Shown in pieces: positions 26,815 to 37,300 of a DNA stretch of 64,000 nt. The notes beneath the pieces are model-generated. The model saw only the letters and a list, made by a program, of their open reading frames with translations, did not search any database and had not been told where the DNA came from. The position numbers and the translations under genes are program-made. This stretch comes from an uncultured Kineothrix sp. (GTDB lineage: Bacteria > Bacillota > Clostridia > Lachnospirales > Lachnospiraceae): NCBI GenBank assembly GCA_964519385.1, contig CAZFLR010000007.1, positions 16,045 through 80,044 on the forward strand. The letters run 5' to 3'. The stretch's first letter is position 1; every line of letters begins with the position of its first letter.

Positions 26815-28698
26815 TTAAACACCCGTTTGAAGAATTAATCTGTCATAAACTTCCGTCAGCACCTGTATCATCTGTGAAGCCAGATTATACGCATGCTGGA
26901 ATTGTACCAGATTCAGGGATTCCTCATCGGTATCAACACCGCTGATAGAAAGCCGCTGCGTATCTATTGTCGCTTCAATGTTCTGATAACTTGCATAGAA
27001 AGCATTCGCGCTACTGGCATTCAGGGATACATCCGAAAGAATGCACTGCAGAAAATCTCCTGCATTACATCCGCGGAAGCTCATCACTTCCTTATTGGTG
27101 CGCAAATCGGTCAAATCTTCAATGACATCATACGCTTCCTGTCCCGTTCCTTTTCCTGTATGTGTGGCAAAAAGTCCGGAATCCTCAAGCATTTCTTTGT
27201 TTACGGCAAAGTTTGCAGCCGTGAGATAATAATATGTATCGTCCGTGCTGGCAATCGGTGTTCCTGCAACCTTATTGCGTGAATCCAAAAACTTGCGCTG
27301 TGTCACATCCGTTGCCTCATTCGCCACAAAAAGCACATCTGCTGCGTTTCCGTAAGAGTCCACCGAGCCGTCCTGTGTCAGAATGCGGTTAAAAGCCTCT
27401 GCAAAGGTACGTACCCACTCATTGAGCTGCTCCTGATAATAAGGAATGCCCTGATAATCAATGGCCGCACCGATTGTAACGTCTTTACCTATACGGCTGG
27501 AATTCGGCTGGTAGCTGTTCTTTGCAAGGTCATCACTGATTTCAAAGATGTACTGGCTGATATCCCCGTTTGCATCATAGACTACCTTAAATGTATCGTA
27601 GTAAAACTCCTGATTTCCAATCTGCATTACACCTCCGTCGTCGGAAAGTGTACATTTATTCAAATCCTTCAGATAATCCGCGGTCACATCCACGGTCACC
27701 TCATTCTTGCCCGTCGTCTGATTTTTTTCTATACTTGAAAGCGTTCCTTTAAACTGTTCTGCATTGTTTCCGTCTCTCATGGCAATGAGTCCCTGAAGCT
27801 GTCCGCCGATTAAGGTGCTTGACATATAGAAATCATTTCCGTTTTTCCACTTGATATCAAACAATCCGAGTGCATCTGACTGATTGTTTGCCTCGTATTT
27901 AGCTTTTGCAACGCATTCCAGTTCATAATATTCTCCGGAATCCACAAGCATCTGCCCGCCGGCAATCTGAACCACGTAACGTTTCGCTCCGGTGTCGCGT
28001 CCGTTATTGACATCATATATCGGTGTCTCTGTCACCTCTACATTGGTAACCAGAGACAGCTTGTCAATCAGCAGATCTCTCTGATCCCGAAGCTCATTTG
28101 CCGTTGTTCCTGTCAGTTCAATTACATTAATCTGTTCATTTAAAGAAGCAATCTCACGGGCATAAGAATTGATTTCATCTACCTTATTCTTAATTTCGGC
28201 ATTGATATCAAGCTGCATATTAGAAAGATTCTCTGCCACTGTATTGAAATAATAAGCCAAATTGTTTGCAAATCCGATAAACTGGGATTTTGTGGTTGCA
28301 TCACCTGCATTTTTCTGAACCTCTGCCAATGCACTGTACATTTCATTAAAAATGGTGGTGAAGCCCTTGATTGTCTTGTCATCCGAAAACAAATCTTCTA
28401 TCTGCTGCATATAATACTGCTTTTCTTCGTACTCGCCGACTTTATTGTTATTATTCCAATATTTAAAATCATAGAAGGCATCACGGTTACGATCTATGGA
28501 AATCGTGTCAACACCGGAACCAGCACACCCGTAAGTAGTATATGTCCGGAGTGCATCGCTTGCCTTCTGTGTGACCGTCTGTCTGGAATATCCCTTAGTC
28601 TCAACATTCGCAATGTTGTTACCTGTCGTATTGAGTGCGGCGTTCGCCGCCGTCAGTCCGGTATATGCAATATTTAAACCAAAAAATGTGGAAGCCAT
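26815..28698 (-). CDS. flgK: Hook-associated protein 1, FlgK (paralog 1)
   Basis: 627 aa. FFGLNIAYTGLTAANAALNTTGNNIANVETKGYSRQ and C-terminal LVQFQHAYNLASQMIQV. Confidence 0.9.
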   Translation of the reverse strand: MASTFFGLNIAYTGLTAANAALNTTGNNIANVETKGYSRQTVTQKASDALRTYTTYGCAGSGVDTISIDRNRDAFYDFKYWNNNNKVGEYEEKQYYMQQIEDLFSDDKTIKGFTTIFNEMYSALAEVQKNAGDATTKSQFIGFANNLAYYFNTVAENLSNMQLDINAEIKNKVDEINSYAREIASLNEQINVIELTGTTANELRDQRDLLIDKLSLVTNVEVTETPIYDVNNGRDTGAKRYVVQIAGGQMLVDSGEYYELECVAKAKYEANNQSDALGLFDIKWKNGNDFYMSSTLIGGQLQGLIAMRDGNNAEQFKGTLSSIEKNQTTGKNEVTVDVTADYLKDLNKCTLSDDGGVMQIGNQEFYYDTFKVVYDANGDISQYIFEISDDLAKNSYQPNSSRIGKDVTIGAAIDYQGIPYYQEQLNEWVRTFAEAFNRILTQDGSVDSYGNAADVLFVANEATDVTQRKFLDSRNKVAGTPIASTDDTYYYLTAANFAVNKEMLEDSGLFATHTGKGTGQEAYDVIEDLTDLRTNKEVMSFRGCNAGDFLQCILSDVSLNASSANAFYASYQNIEATIDTQRLSISGVDTDEESLNLVQFQHAYNLASQMIQVLTEVYDRLILQTGV

Positions 28699-28713
28699 AT
28701 CATTTCCCCCTTA

Positions 28714-30366
28714 TTACGCTCCGAGCGTGTTTAAAATATGCTCAAGCATTTCGTCAATCACATTAATATAACGGCTGGATGCATTATAAGCATTCTGGAA
28801 TTTAATCATGTTGTTCAATTCTTCATCATCGGACACTCCGACAATCTGCTGGCGTGCATACTCCGTTGAATCCACCGTTGCCTGTTCGTTTGAATATATA
28901 CTGTAAAAAACAGCCCCCGTATTTGCTACCTGACTCACAATGTTAGAATAGTAGTCAACCAGATTGGTCTTTGTAGTCACATTCGGATTTAATGTATATT
29001 CTGCCGTCTCAAAAACAAGCTGAAGATTCTGCGCCGTCTCATAATCTTCCTTTGCATCCATTTTTATAAATCCAAGCTTTGTCGGCTCTTTTACAAGATC
29101 GGGATTTACCACCAGATTTGAGATGGTAAACAGGGTATTCTCGCGCCCCTGTGTGTAATCTTCACGAATCAGGTTTCCGGCTGCATCATATTCATCCGAT
29201 CCGATTCGTTCAAAGAGCTGCATGATTGAGCCGTCTTCATTGCGAAGGTATGTACCGCCCTCCTTGACTGCTGCGTTCTCAAGAACCTTGTTCATCTCGG
29301 TCACAATATTGTGAATGAGATTATCAAACTCAGCCATGACATTCATAAGAATGGAGGAAGCTACATCTTCGTTATACTTTTGTGCATCCTTAAGGTCCGT
29401 ATAGTCAGCTCTGTGTGTTCCTCTCGCAAGCATCATACCCTTTAAACTTCCGATATCCGTATTGGCCTCCGTCGAAATCACACGTGACATATCATAAACC
29501 TTGCAATTATCGATAAGATACTTGAAGGTTCCGTCCTGTTGCTGCACCTTCTTGGCATCTGTCAGCCAGAACGGTGTGTAAAAGCCTGTCTCCGGATCGG
29601 TATCCATTCCGATTTTAAAAGTCATTGCACGGTTCACCAGAACATGCCCTTCAAACTTAACCGAAACGCCGCCTTCCTGATCCTCCGTATAGTCAATATT
29701 TCCAAGCTTACCGAGTTCATCAAGGAGCTTGTTTCGCTCATCACGAAGGTCGTTGGCTCTCTCGATACCTCCGGCTTCAATGCGGATAATGTCATTGTTA
29801 AGTGCAAACAGGCGGTCTGCATAATTGTTAATCTTATCCACTTCGCCCTTAATCTGTACATTCAGATTATCCTGATAATTGCAGAGGGCATCATACACAT
29901 TGGATGCCTGCTCCACAAACTGGCTTGATCTCTGAATCAGCAATCCCTGTGTCACGGAGCTCGCCGGTTGCTTTGCAAGTTCCTGTACAGCTTCCCAGAG
30001 ATTGTTCAATGAATTACTAAAAGACTCTCCTTCTAATTCACCAAGAAGAGTCTCTATTTCACTCAACGTATTGTATGATACTTCATAAAAAGCACTGCGG
30101 CCGGACTCTCTCCTATAGGTCTGATCCAGAAAATAATCTCTCACCTGTCTTACATCCGCATAAGTAACTCCGAGACCAATCTGCTGATTTGCAACTGCTT
30201 TCGGATTCACCGATAAAGTATTATACTGTCTATCATTCAATAAAGTCTGCTGTCTGGTGTAACCTACGGTATCTGCATTGGATAAGTTGTGGGCAACTGT
30301 ATTCAATGCATTTTGTCCCGTCTGCAAACCGGACGCGCCGACATATAAACTTCCAAATAATGACAT
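28714..30366 (-). CDS. flgK: FlgK-family hook-associated protein (paralog 2)
   Basis: 550 aa. LFGSLYVGASGLQTGQNALNTVAHNLSNADTVGYTRQ and C-terminal MIKFQNAYNASSRYINV. Both conserved termini are intact. Confidence 0.85.
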   Translation of the reverse strand: MSLFGSLYVGASGLQTGQNALNTVAHNLSNADTVGYTRQQTLLNDRQYNTLSVNPKAVANQQIGLGVTYADVRQVRDYFLDQTYRRESGRSAFYEVSYNTLSEIETLLGELEGESFSNSLNNLWEAVQELAKQPASSVTQGLLIQRSSQFVEQASNVYDALCNYQDNLNVQIKGEVDKINNYADRLFALNNDIIRIEAGGIERANDLRDERNKLLDELGKLGNIDYTEDQEGGVSVKFEGHVLVNRAMTFKIGMDTDPETGFYTPFWLTDAKKVQQQDGTFKYLIDNCKVYDMSRVISTEANTDIGSLKGMMLARGTHRADYTDLKDAQKYNEDVASSILMNVMAEFDNLIHNIVTEMNKVLENAAVKEGGTYLRNEDGSIMQLFERIGSDEYDAAGNLIREDYTQGRENTLFTISNLVVNPDLVKEPTKLGFIKMDAKEDYETAQNLQLVFETAEYTLNPNVTTKTNLVDYYSNIVSQVANTGAVFYSIYSNEQATVDSTEYARQQIVGVSDDEELNNMIKFQNAYNASSRYINVIDEMLEHILNTLGA

Positions 30367-30381
30367 GTCATCACCTCATAA

Positions 30382-30900
30382 CTATTGTTTGGCATCAAAT
30401 CTTCCGGATGAAACACCCATCAGATTCCCGGCATTGACGGCACCTCTGTTATACTCCGCAGTTTCCGGAGCCGCCTTTAAGCCCCGAACGATATTTAAGT
30501 CAAATTCCACAAGTTCCAACGCGCTCTCCAGCAATTCTTTGTTTTGTGCATTGATTCTGATCATATTCTGCGTCGTCTCATGAAGTGCATCCTTCACCGC
30601 TGTCAGTCGCCTCTGCTCTGCAGGTCTTCCCGCAAGCATTTCAACGAGTCTGCCAAGCTTTAATGTATTCACATCCATGTTCATTACATTGGCAATATCC
30701 TGCATCGCAACCTCTCTTTGTCTGTCGAGTGCGTTGATGCAATCCACCTGTTTCTGCTCCTCCTCCGTGATGGCAGATAACTGCGCAATATCATTTGAAA
30801 CTATAATGCGTGTCTTTTTCATGGATAAATCCAACAGCACTTTGTACTCTCTATTCTCTTGTTCCAGAATATCCATCAGATTTTCCATTAAACTTGCCAC
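30382..30900 (-). CDS. flgN: FlgN-family flagellar chaperone
   Basis: 172 aa helical protein (LMDILEQENREYKVLLDLS) located between flgM and flgK, as in Bacillus. Confidence 0.7.
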   Translation of the reverse strand: MASLMENLMDILEQENREYKVLLDLSMKKTRIIVSNDIAQLSAITEEEQKQVDCINALDRQREVAMQDIANVMNMDVNTLKLGRLVEMLAGRPAEQRRLTAVKDALHETTQNMIRINAQNKELLESALELVEFDLNIVRGLKAAPETAEYNRGAVNAGNLMGVSSGRFDAKQ

Positions 30901-30969
30901 TGGTTTGTCCTCATTTCTTAATATCTCCCGGTTTTATTCGGGAAGCATGATTAATTACCATGCTCCCCC

Positions 30970-31248
30970 TCATCCAAGAATTGAACTGTACTTTTCTAAC
31001 AGTTTATCTGCAAAATCACTGTCCGAAACATCATACGTTCCATCCTGTACTGCTGTTTTGATTGAACCGACCAAGTCTTCTCTCATATCCGGTGCCGAAG
31101 CCACTGCTTTCTTAGCCACCTGATAATCCTTACCGAAGCTTGAAATCTGTACAGCATCTGAAAAACCGGTTTTGGCTGGCTTAGCAGCATTTTTTACCTT
31201 TGAATTATTATAAAGCTGCGTCACCTGAGTATAAGCATCTATACGCAT
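30970..31248 (-). CDS. flgM: Anti-sigma-28 factor FlgM
   Basis: MRIDAY... with C-terminus LVGSIKTAVQDGTYDVSDSDFADKLLEKY (FlgM pattern). Start at the ATG preceded by GGAGGAG. Confidence 0.85.
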   Translation of the reverse strand: MRIDAYTQVTQLYNNSKVKNAAKPAKTGFSDAVQISSFGKDYQVAKKAVASAPDMREDLVGSIKTAVQDGTYDVSDSDFADKLLEKYSSILG

Positions 31249-31280
31249 AAATACTCCTCCTTCCATGGTTTTATACTTAA

Positions 31281-31307
31281 TTTATCGGTATTTTCCCGGG
31301 GAACTTT
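31281..31307 (-). promoter_or_regulatory. Sigma-28/SigD-type promoter of the flgM operon
   Basis: Minus strand TAAA-N15-ACCGATAA (4/4 and 6/8, CCGATA core intact), between the tarJ stop codon and flgM. Confidence 0.7.
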
Positions 31308-31315
31308 AGGCTTTC

Positions 31316-32365
31316 TTACGAAAATACTCCCATTATTTTGATGTAATCTTCTGTTTTGTCACGCATGATTTGAAATCCCTGTTCCAATTCCTCCATGGAA
31401 AATCTATGGGTTATCATCTGTTCCGGAATTATCTTTTTTTGTGCAAGTAAATCCAGTACATAATGCCAGTCATCCTCTGCCTCTCCGGTAAAAGATGAAT
31501 TCCACGTTCCCTTCACTGTAAGCTGGTTGCGCAGAATCTTCCAGTAGACTGTTTTTTCTAACGTCATATCCGAATGCGGATTTCCAACCAGCATCACCCT
31601 TCCGGCCGGTGCCGTGAGATTGACAGCCCGGGCAAATGTCTCATTTTTTCCAACGCACTCAAAAAAGAGGTCCGCGCCTCTTCCTTCTGTGCGTGCAAAA
31701 ATCCATTCTTCCACATTCTGCGCGCGCATATCACAATAGTTTTCCTCAGATATTCCGAGCGAAAACACTCTTTCCCTCTGAAAATCTTTATTCCCGATAA
31801 CAAGTATATGTTCTGCTCCGGTCTCTCTCAGAAACATAGTAAGAAAAAGCCCGATGGTTCCAAGTCCGCATACCACAATATAATCATCTTTTTCTGCTCT
31901 GAATCCGCGCATGGCATGCGTGGCAACCGCCATAGGCTCCAGCATCGCTGCCGCTTCATACGAAACACCCTCGGGAAGCTCAATCAGACACTCCTTCGGA
32001 ACAGCAACATACTCGGCAAAAGCTCCATCCCTTCTCGATCCGAGGTAGTCATAATTTCTGCACATTTCATACTGCCTGTTCCTGCAAGGCCCGCACGCTC
32101 TGCATGGAATCAGCGGAAATACACCGACTGCCTTATCCAGCCATTTATCTTCCCCGTCTGCTGCCACCTCAACTACCTTCCCTGAAAATTCGTGCCCAAT
32201 TACAATCGGATGCCTGTGCGCTCCGGTCTGATAGGCTCTTGGAATATCCGAGCCGCAAATACCCGCCGCCATCACCTTTACGAGCACCTCTCCTTTTTGC
32301 AACGACGGTTTTTCTATCTCTTCCATCTGAAATTGATTGACTCCGCGTAATACATATGCTTTCAT
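31316..32365 (-). CDS. tarJ: Zn-dependent medium-chain dehydrogenase, TarJ-like ribulose-5-phosphate reductase
   Basis: 349 aa. GICGSDIPR and GHEFSG zinc-ADH motifs. ATGA-coupled to the upstream cytidylyltransferase in tarI-tarJ order. Confidence 0.7.
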   Translation of the reverse strand: MKAYVLRGVNQFQMEEIEKPSLQKGEVLVKVMAAGICGSDIPRAYQTGAHRHPIVIGHEFSGKVVEVAADGEDKWLDKAVGVFPLIPCRACGPCRNRQYEMCRNYDYLGSRRDGAFAEYVAVPKECLIELPEGVSYEAAAMLEPMAVATHAMRGFRAEKDDYIVVCGLGTIGLFLTMFLRETGAEHILVIGNKDFQRERVFSLGISEENYCDMRAQNVEEWIFARTEGRGADLFFECVGKNETFARAVNLTAPAGRVMLVGNPHSDMTLEKTVYWKILRNQLTVKGTWNSSFTGEAEDDWHYVLDLLAQKKIIPEQMITHRFSMEELEQGFQIMRDKTEDYIKIMGVFS

Positions 32366-33048
32366 TTATCTTTCTCCACTAATTGACGAAAACGCTCCAA
32401 ATCCGCCTGTGTTGTGATTTTAAAATTTTGTTCTTCCCCGAAAACAACAGCTATCTCCATGCCGGCCAGAACCGCCGGTTCGCTTGAGCCATTGATTTTC
32501 ATAATTTCATCCGGCAAAAGTCTCTCGTTTGCCCTGTAATATTTTTCATAATGAAACACTTCCGGAGCTTGCCCGGCCACCACCCGGCTCCGATCAAGTA
32601 AAGCTGTAATTGTTGTTCCGTCTGCACTCAGATACACCGTATCTTTCATCGGCAGTACCGGAAGAACTCCGTCATGCTCTTTCGCCTTTGCGAGATACTC
32701 TGTAACCATCCCGGCCGTCAAAACCGGTCTTGCCGCATCATGAATAAACACCCTGGTGTCGGGTTCTGCCAAAAAACGAACATCACAAAGTGCATTCCAA
32801 ACAGAAAGCTGTCGGTTAGCTCCAGGTAACGAAAATCCTCTTACCTTCTTCATGCATACACTCTTCTTTATGTAGTCACGCCAAACCTCATCTGCCACAA
32901 TCCATATAACATCAATCTGAGGATGTCTGTCCAGAACCTCTATGCTGTATCCGATAATCGGCTTTCCATTCACTTCGATATACTGTTTCGGCATATCACC
33001 GCCGAGGCGGGTTCCGGTTCCCCCGGCTAAAATAATTGCTATGTTCAT
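32362..33048 (-). CDS. tarI: IspD/TarI-family cytidylyltransferase (ribitol-5-phosphate cytidylyltransferase)
   Basis: 228 aa. AIILAGGTGTRLGGDMPKQYIEVNGKPII. Paired with the TarJ-like reductase. Confidence 0.75.
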   Translation of the reverse strand: MNIAIILAGGTGTRLGGDMPKQYIEVNGKPIIGYSIEVLDRHPQIDVIWIVADEVWRDYIKKSVCMKKVRGFSLPGANRQLSVWNALCDVRFLAEPDTRVFIHDAARPVLTAGMVTEYLAKAKEHDGVLPVLPMKDTVYLSADGTTITALLDRSRVVAGQAPEVFHYEKYYRANERLLPDEIMKINGSSEPAVLAGMEIAVVFGEEQNFKITTQADLERFRQLVEKDK

Positions 33049-33104
33049 AGGTACTCCTGTTGATTAAGCCCGCTCCCCGCTATGTCTTCGGGCAATAACG
33101 AAAA

Positions 33105-33767
33105 CTAAAATTTCAACTTATGTATGTCTGCCAGCACTTCCCCATAGGTCTTTTCTTTTCCAAACAATAGTGTTGTACCGAGAACGAAACCATTCACACC
33201 TTTTGGCGCATATTCCATGATTTTTTCTGCACTGCATGCGCCGTCCCAATAAATATCAAAATCCATTTCTTCCCGCAGCTCCAGCAACTGATCGATTTTC
33301 TTTCCGACATACGGAAGATACATCTGCCCGGCGTTTCCCGGATTCACTGACATAACAAGCACTCTTTTAACAATTGTGAGCATCATCATCACCGTCTCTA
33401 CACTGGTCCCCGGATTGATTGCAATCCCCGGAACCATGCCTGCATCAATAATCTTCTGCAATGTCGTAGAAGGATGATATTCCGCTTCCGGATGAATATA
33501 TACCGTGTCTCCCGGACGCAGTTTATTCAAAAACAAATGAATATTATTATTCGGATGCTCAATCATCAGATGTACATCAAGCGGCTTCTTCGTCGCGCCT
33601 GCAATAAATGCCATATCGTTCAGTGACATGGCAAAATTCGGGACATATCGTCCGTCCATAATATCTATATGAAACGAATCTATCCCACCTTTGTCCAACT
33701 CCTGTACTTCCTTTTCCAGATTACCGTAATTAGCACACATCATAGATGCTGTCAATTCAAAATTCAC
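33105..33767 (-). CDS. Ribulose-phosphate 3-epimerase family protein (Rpe/AlsE-like)
   Basis: SFHIDIMDGRYVPNF and VMSVNPGNAGQ motifs. The start is ambiguous: GTG at 33809, ATG at 33794, or GTG at 33767. I prefer 33767 because AGGGGGAA lies 5 nt upstream. Confidence 0.75.
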   Translation of the reverse strand: MNFELTASMMCANYGNLEKEVQELDKGGIDSFHIDIMDGRYVPNFAMSLNDMAFIAGATKKPLDVHLMIEHPNNNIHLFLNKLRPGDTVYIHPEAEYHPSTTLQKIIDAGMVPGIAINPGTSVETVMMMLTIVKRVLVMSVNPGNAGQMYLPYVGKKIDQLLELREEMDFDIYWDGACSAEKIMEYAPKGVNGFVLGTTLLFGKEKTYGEVLADIHKLKF

Positions 33768-33863
33768 ACAATTCCCCCTATTCTCTTTTGCCATATCGCC
33801 TACCGGCACTTTTCCATCTCCGACTCAAACGCAGCCATATCCATTCCAACTTCTTTCGCTGCT

Positions 33864-34124
33864 TCACTCACTTTCTTTTACTCTTTCTGTGTATGAATTC
33901 CTATACCTTTCATCTTTTGTAAACACGGACAGAGAATCCAGCACCGCCTCTATGTGGCGTACTCTTGCCGCCTGATTCGTCCTCAAGGTATCTACACCAA
34001 GCCTTCTATCTTTAAAAAAACGAGCAACAAACTTAAAATCACTTGTAAACTGCTCTATTATATTATCGCTCAAAAAGGCGATATCGTAAACCCGTATTTT
34101 ATAATCTTCCACATACTTTTTCAT
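33864..34124 (-). pseudogene. Possible C-terminal remnant of an Rpn/PD-(D/E)XK-type putative transposase (low confidence)
   Basis: An isolated 86-aa ORF (YKIRVYDIAFLSDNIIEQFTSDFKFVARFF) in an AT-rich gap with no N-terminal nuclease part. The family call comes from memory of similar C-termini only. Confidence 0.25.
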
Positions 34125-34214
34125 TTAAACCCTTTTATATTTCATTGTAAATTGGAAAATAAATGATGTTAAATAATGATTGAAATAGAATTGTAATTTG
34201 AAATTAAATATGAT

Positions 34215-34244
34215 TTTCGCATCCGCACAATCGCGGATGCGAAA
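34215..34244 (-). terminator. Strong hairpin downstream of the LRR surface-protein gene
   Basis: TTTCGCATCCGC-acaatc-GCGGATGCGAAA: a 12-bp perfect stem whose A/T ends could serve as U-tracts in either direction. Confidence 0.55.
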
Positions 34245-34323
34245 TAGTTATGTCTATGATTATAACTTAATTTCATATAGTGTCAAGTGACTATTGTCAG
34301 GAATCTGTAATGAAAGGCCCCTC

Positions 34324-37300
34324 TTATTTTTTCACTTTCGCTTTGGACGATAGTCCCTTATTCTTAAACAGCTTCTTATATGCTGCCAGCTTCTTCTTAG
34401 GCACTTTGATGGTCAGCTTAGAATAATTTTTACCTCCGGCTCCCTTCCATGCCCCTGCTCCCACATTTTTCGCTGTCAGCTTCGTGGTATTGACTGTAAC
34501 CGTTTTCAGTGATTTACAGTTAAAAAAAGCTTTTTTTCCGATTTTTCCGACATTTTTCCCAATCACTACCGAAGTTAACTTTTTATTATTTGCAAACGCA
34601 TTATTGGCAATAGAGGTTACCTTATAGGTAACTCCATCCACTTTTATTGTCGCAGGTATGACTATTTTTTTGGCTTTTTTATCTGCAGGTGTCTTAAATT
34701 CCACCTCTGACCCCTGTTTCGTAACTCTGTAAAAAGCCTTTCCATCCGGTGATTTGAATGTCGTTCCCTTTTTCGGTAACGGCAATATAGCGATTTCTTC
34801 TGTCTTCTTCTCACCACAAATCTTACAGGTATAGGTTTTCACACCTGCTGCAGTCGTCGTTGCTTTGCGGGTAACAACACCGCCGTCCCACGTATGCGAC
34901 GTTAATTTCGGAATGTCAGCCACGTCCTTCAACGATTTATCGTTTCCGTAAACAGCCGTATAAGTAGTAATTCCCATTGACTTACACGTTGCCGGTACCT
35001 TTATTTTACCGGTTACCTCACAGCTTGTTTCTGCTGTATGAGAACTGTCTCTCTTGCATATCAACTGTGCCACACAGCCTTTTCCATCTGCAGACCACAC
35101 AAATAATGCTTTGTATTCATGTCCAAGTGCTCCGGCTGATACCTGTTTTTTTATCGTCTTATGACATATGTCACAATCGACATGTCCCCTTCCGCCTTCC
35201 TCACAGGTCGGCATCACATCATCTGCAGCATCAAAGAGCAGTTCTCCCTCTGTATGGGCAGCTCTGTAAATCCGAATCTGTATACTTTCGTTTTGATAAT
35301 TCCCTGCATCATCGCCAATATATTCTGCCGTGTCCATCACTCCACTGCCTGCAACAAGCACATCATCCCTCGCAGCAACCGGCCACTGCCAGCCTGTAGG
35401 AAGGGACACATCACCTACATACTCTGTACCACACGACACATGGAGTTCTGCCTTAGGCATATCAGGTGCATTCTCCGCTTTGTTTACACGGATAACGATT
35501 GTTTTATGTGCAGAAGAATAATTTTCGGTCTCCGTTGCCGAAATCTTCACCGTGGCACTTCCTGCTGCCAAAATCGTAATTGCCCCGCTTGCTTTATTCA
35601 CGGAAATTACATCTTCACCCTCTAAAATTTCATACGATAAAGTTCCGTCCCCGTTCGTCTGCGCTTCAATCTGCTTATTTACATCTCCATAAGTGAATTC
35701 GAGATTCTCAGCAGTGATACTCTGTGAATACTTTTCTGCGACCGTCAATGTACCATTCTTATATGTAAAAGTATAATTATCTGACTCCGCCGGTCCGGTA
35801 ATTTCAATAGGGTAGGTTCCGATTGTCATATCTGTTGCGCAGGAAATAATCGGAACAAAATCAATGGTTTCGCCATTGACAAGACCGCTAATCTTATAGG
35901 TGTATTCCGGACGTTGCTCCATATCTTTTACATATTTATCATCCGCAGTAATCGTCACCGGTGCCTTTGTAATGGAATAAATATAAACCGGAAGCTGCCC
36001 GGACCACTCTGTATTATCCGGATCTGTAAGCGTCACTATCGCATCATAAGTTCCGACTGCTGTTTTCGTCACATTTGTCACCTGATAATCATCCGTTCCT
36101 GCCAGCACATAGGTCTGTGGCACTCCTTTATAAACAAATACATTCTCCTGATTCACCCGCGGAGGCACAATCTTTTTCTTGTTTACATTCACCGATATCG
36201 TCTTATCCTTAGACATATAATTCGCCGTTCCCGCAAGTACAATTTTCACACTGGCACTTCCGGCCTTTAAAATGGTGATTTTCCCTGTTGTTTCATCCAC
36301 CGAAATCACATCCGTGCCTTCCGTCACCGCATACGAAAATTTTCCTCCGCTTACCGCCGATGCCACAACAGCCCCATCCGTATCTCCGTATGTCAACTCG
36401 ATATCCGAAGCCTCAATATCATAATATAATTTTTTGTCAATGGTAGCCTTTGCAATATATGTATTTGTTTGTAACGAATAATTTTCATTTAACAGATTTA
36501 CCTTAACCGTTACATCCTTATCAACCCCTGCATTGGCATCTGAAAACTCTGCAGTCGCCGTATAATCCTTCCCCATGGTAAATGTATCCTGTGCATCGTC
36601 AAAAGTTACCGAAGTCACTTCCGCATTCCCGGTTCCATCATACTCTTTCGGCAAAACCCGTGCACCGGAGATGGTAATTGGCTTTGGAAGCACCGTAACA
36701 GATACCGTTACCGGATCTGCATAGTAAGTATAGGTGTTATCCGGAACAAACTGCGCGGTAAAAGCTTTTGTTCCCACTGTTCCTACAGACAAGGTGTCAT
36801 CCTCCCACACCCATCTTCCGCCACTCACAGTCGAAAGCTGTACATCCGCAAGGGTTTCACCATAAACCGCAGCTTCTGCCACAGGAGCTTTTGCATGGTT
36901 CACAAATTGTCCGAGAATTCCATAAAAGAAATAATCCTTTTCTTCCTCTCCCACCTTCACATGATTCACATCTTCGATGGAAAGATAAGCATATATCTCC
37001 TTCTCCGTTCCGTGTTTTTTCGGATAAGCTTTTCCGTTAATCAGGACCTCTGATTCTCCATCCGTTGCAATCATCAACGGCATAACTCCTTCTCCGTCGG
37101 AATTTACGGCAACGGTACTTTCATGCAGACCTGTCTTGAGAGAACCTCCGTCAATCACCAGTCTTGATATCGTATATCCCGGCATTGCCCTTGATACGCC
37201 GATACCATCTGCATATTCCGTTGGCAAAGCCGTAATCACACCATCTTTAATCTTTATATTCTCCGTACTGCTTACATCGTCTGCTCCGATTCCTGCTGCC

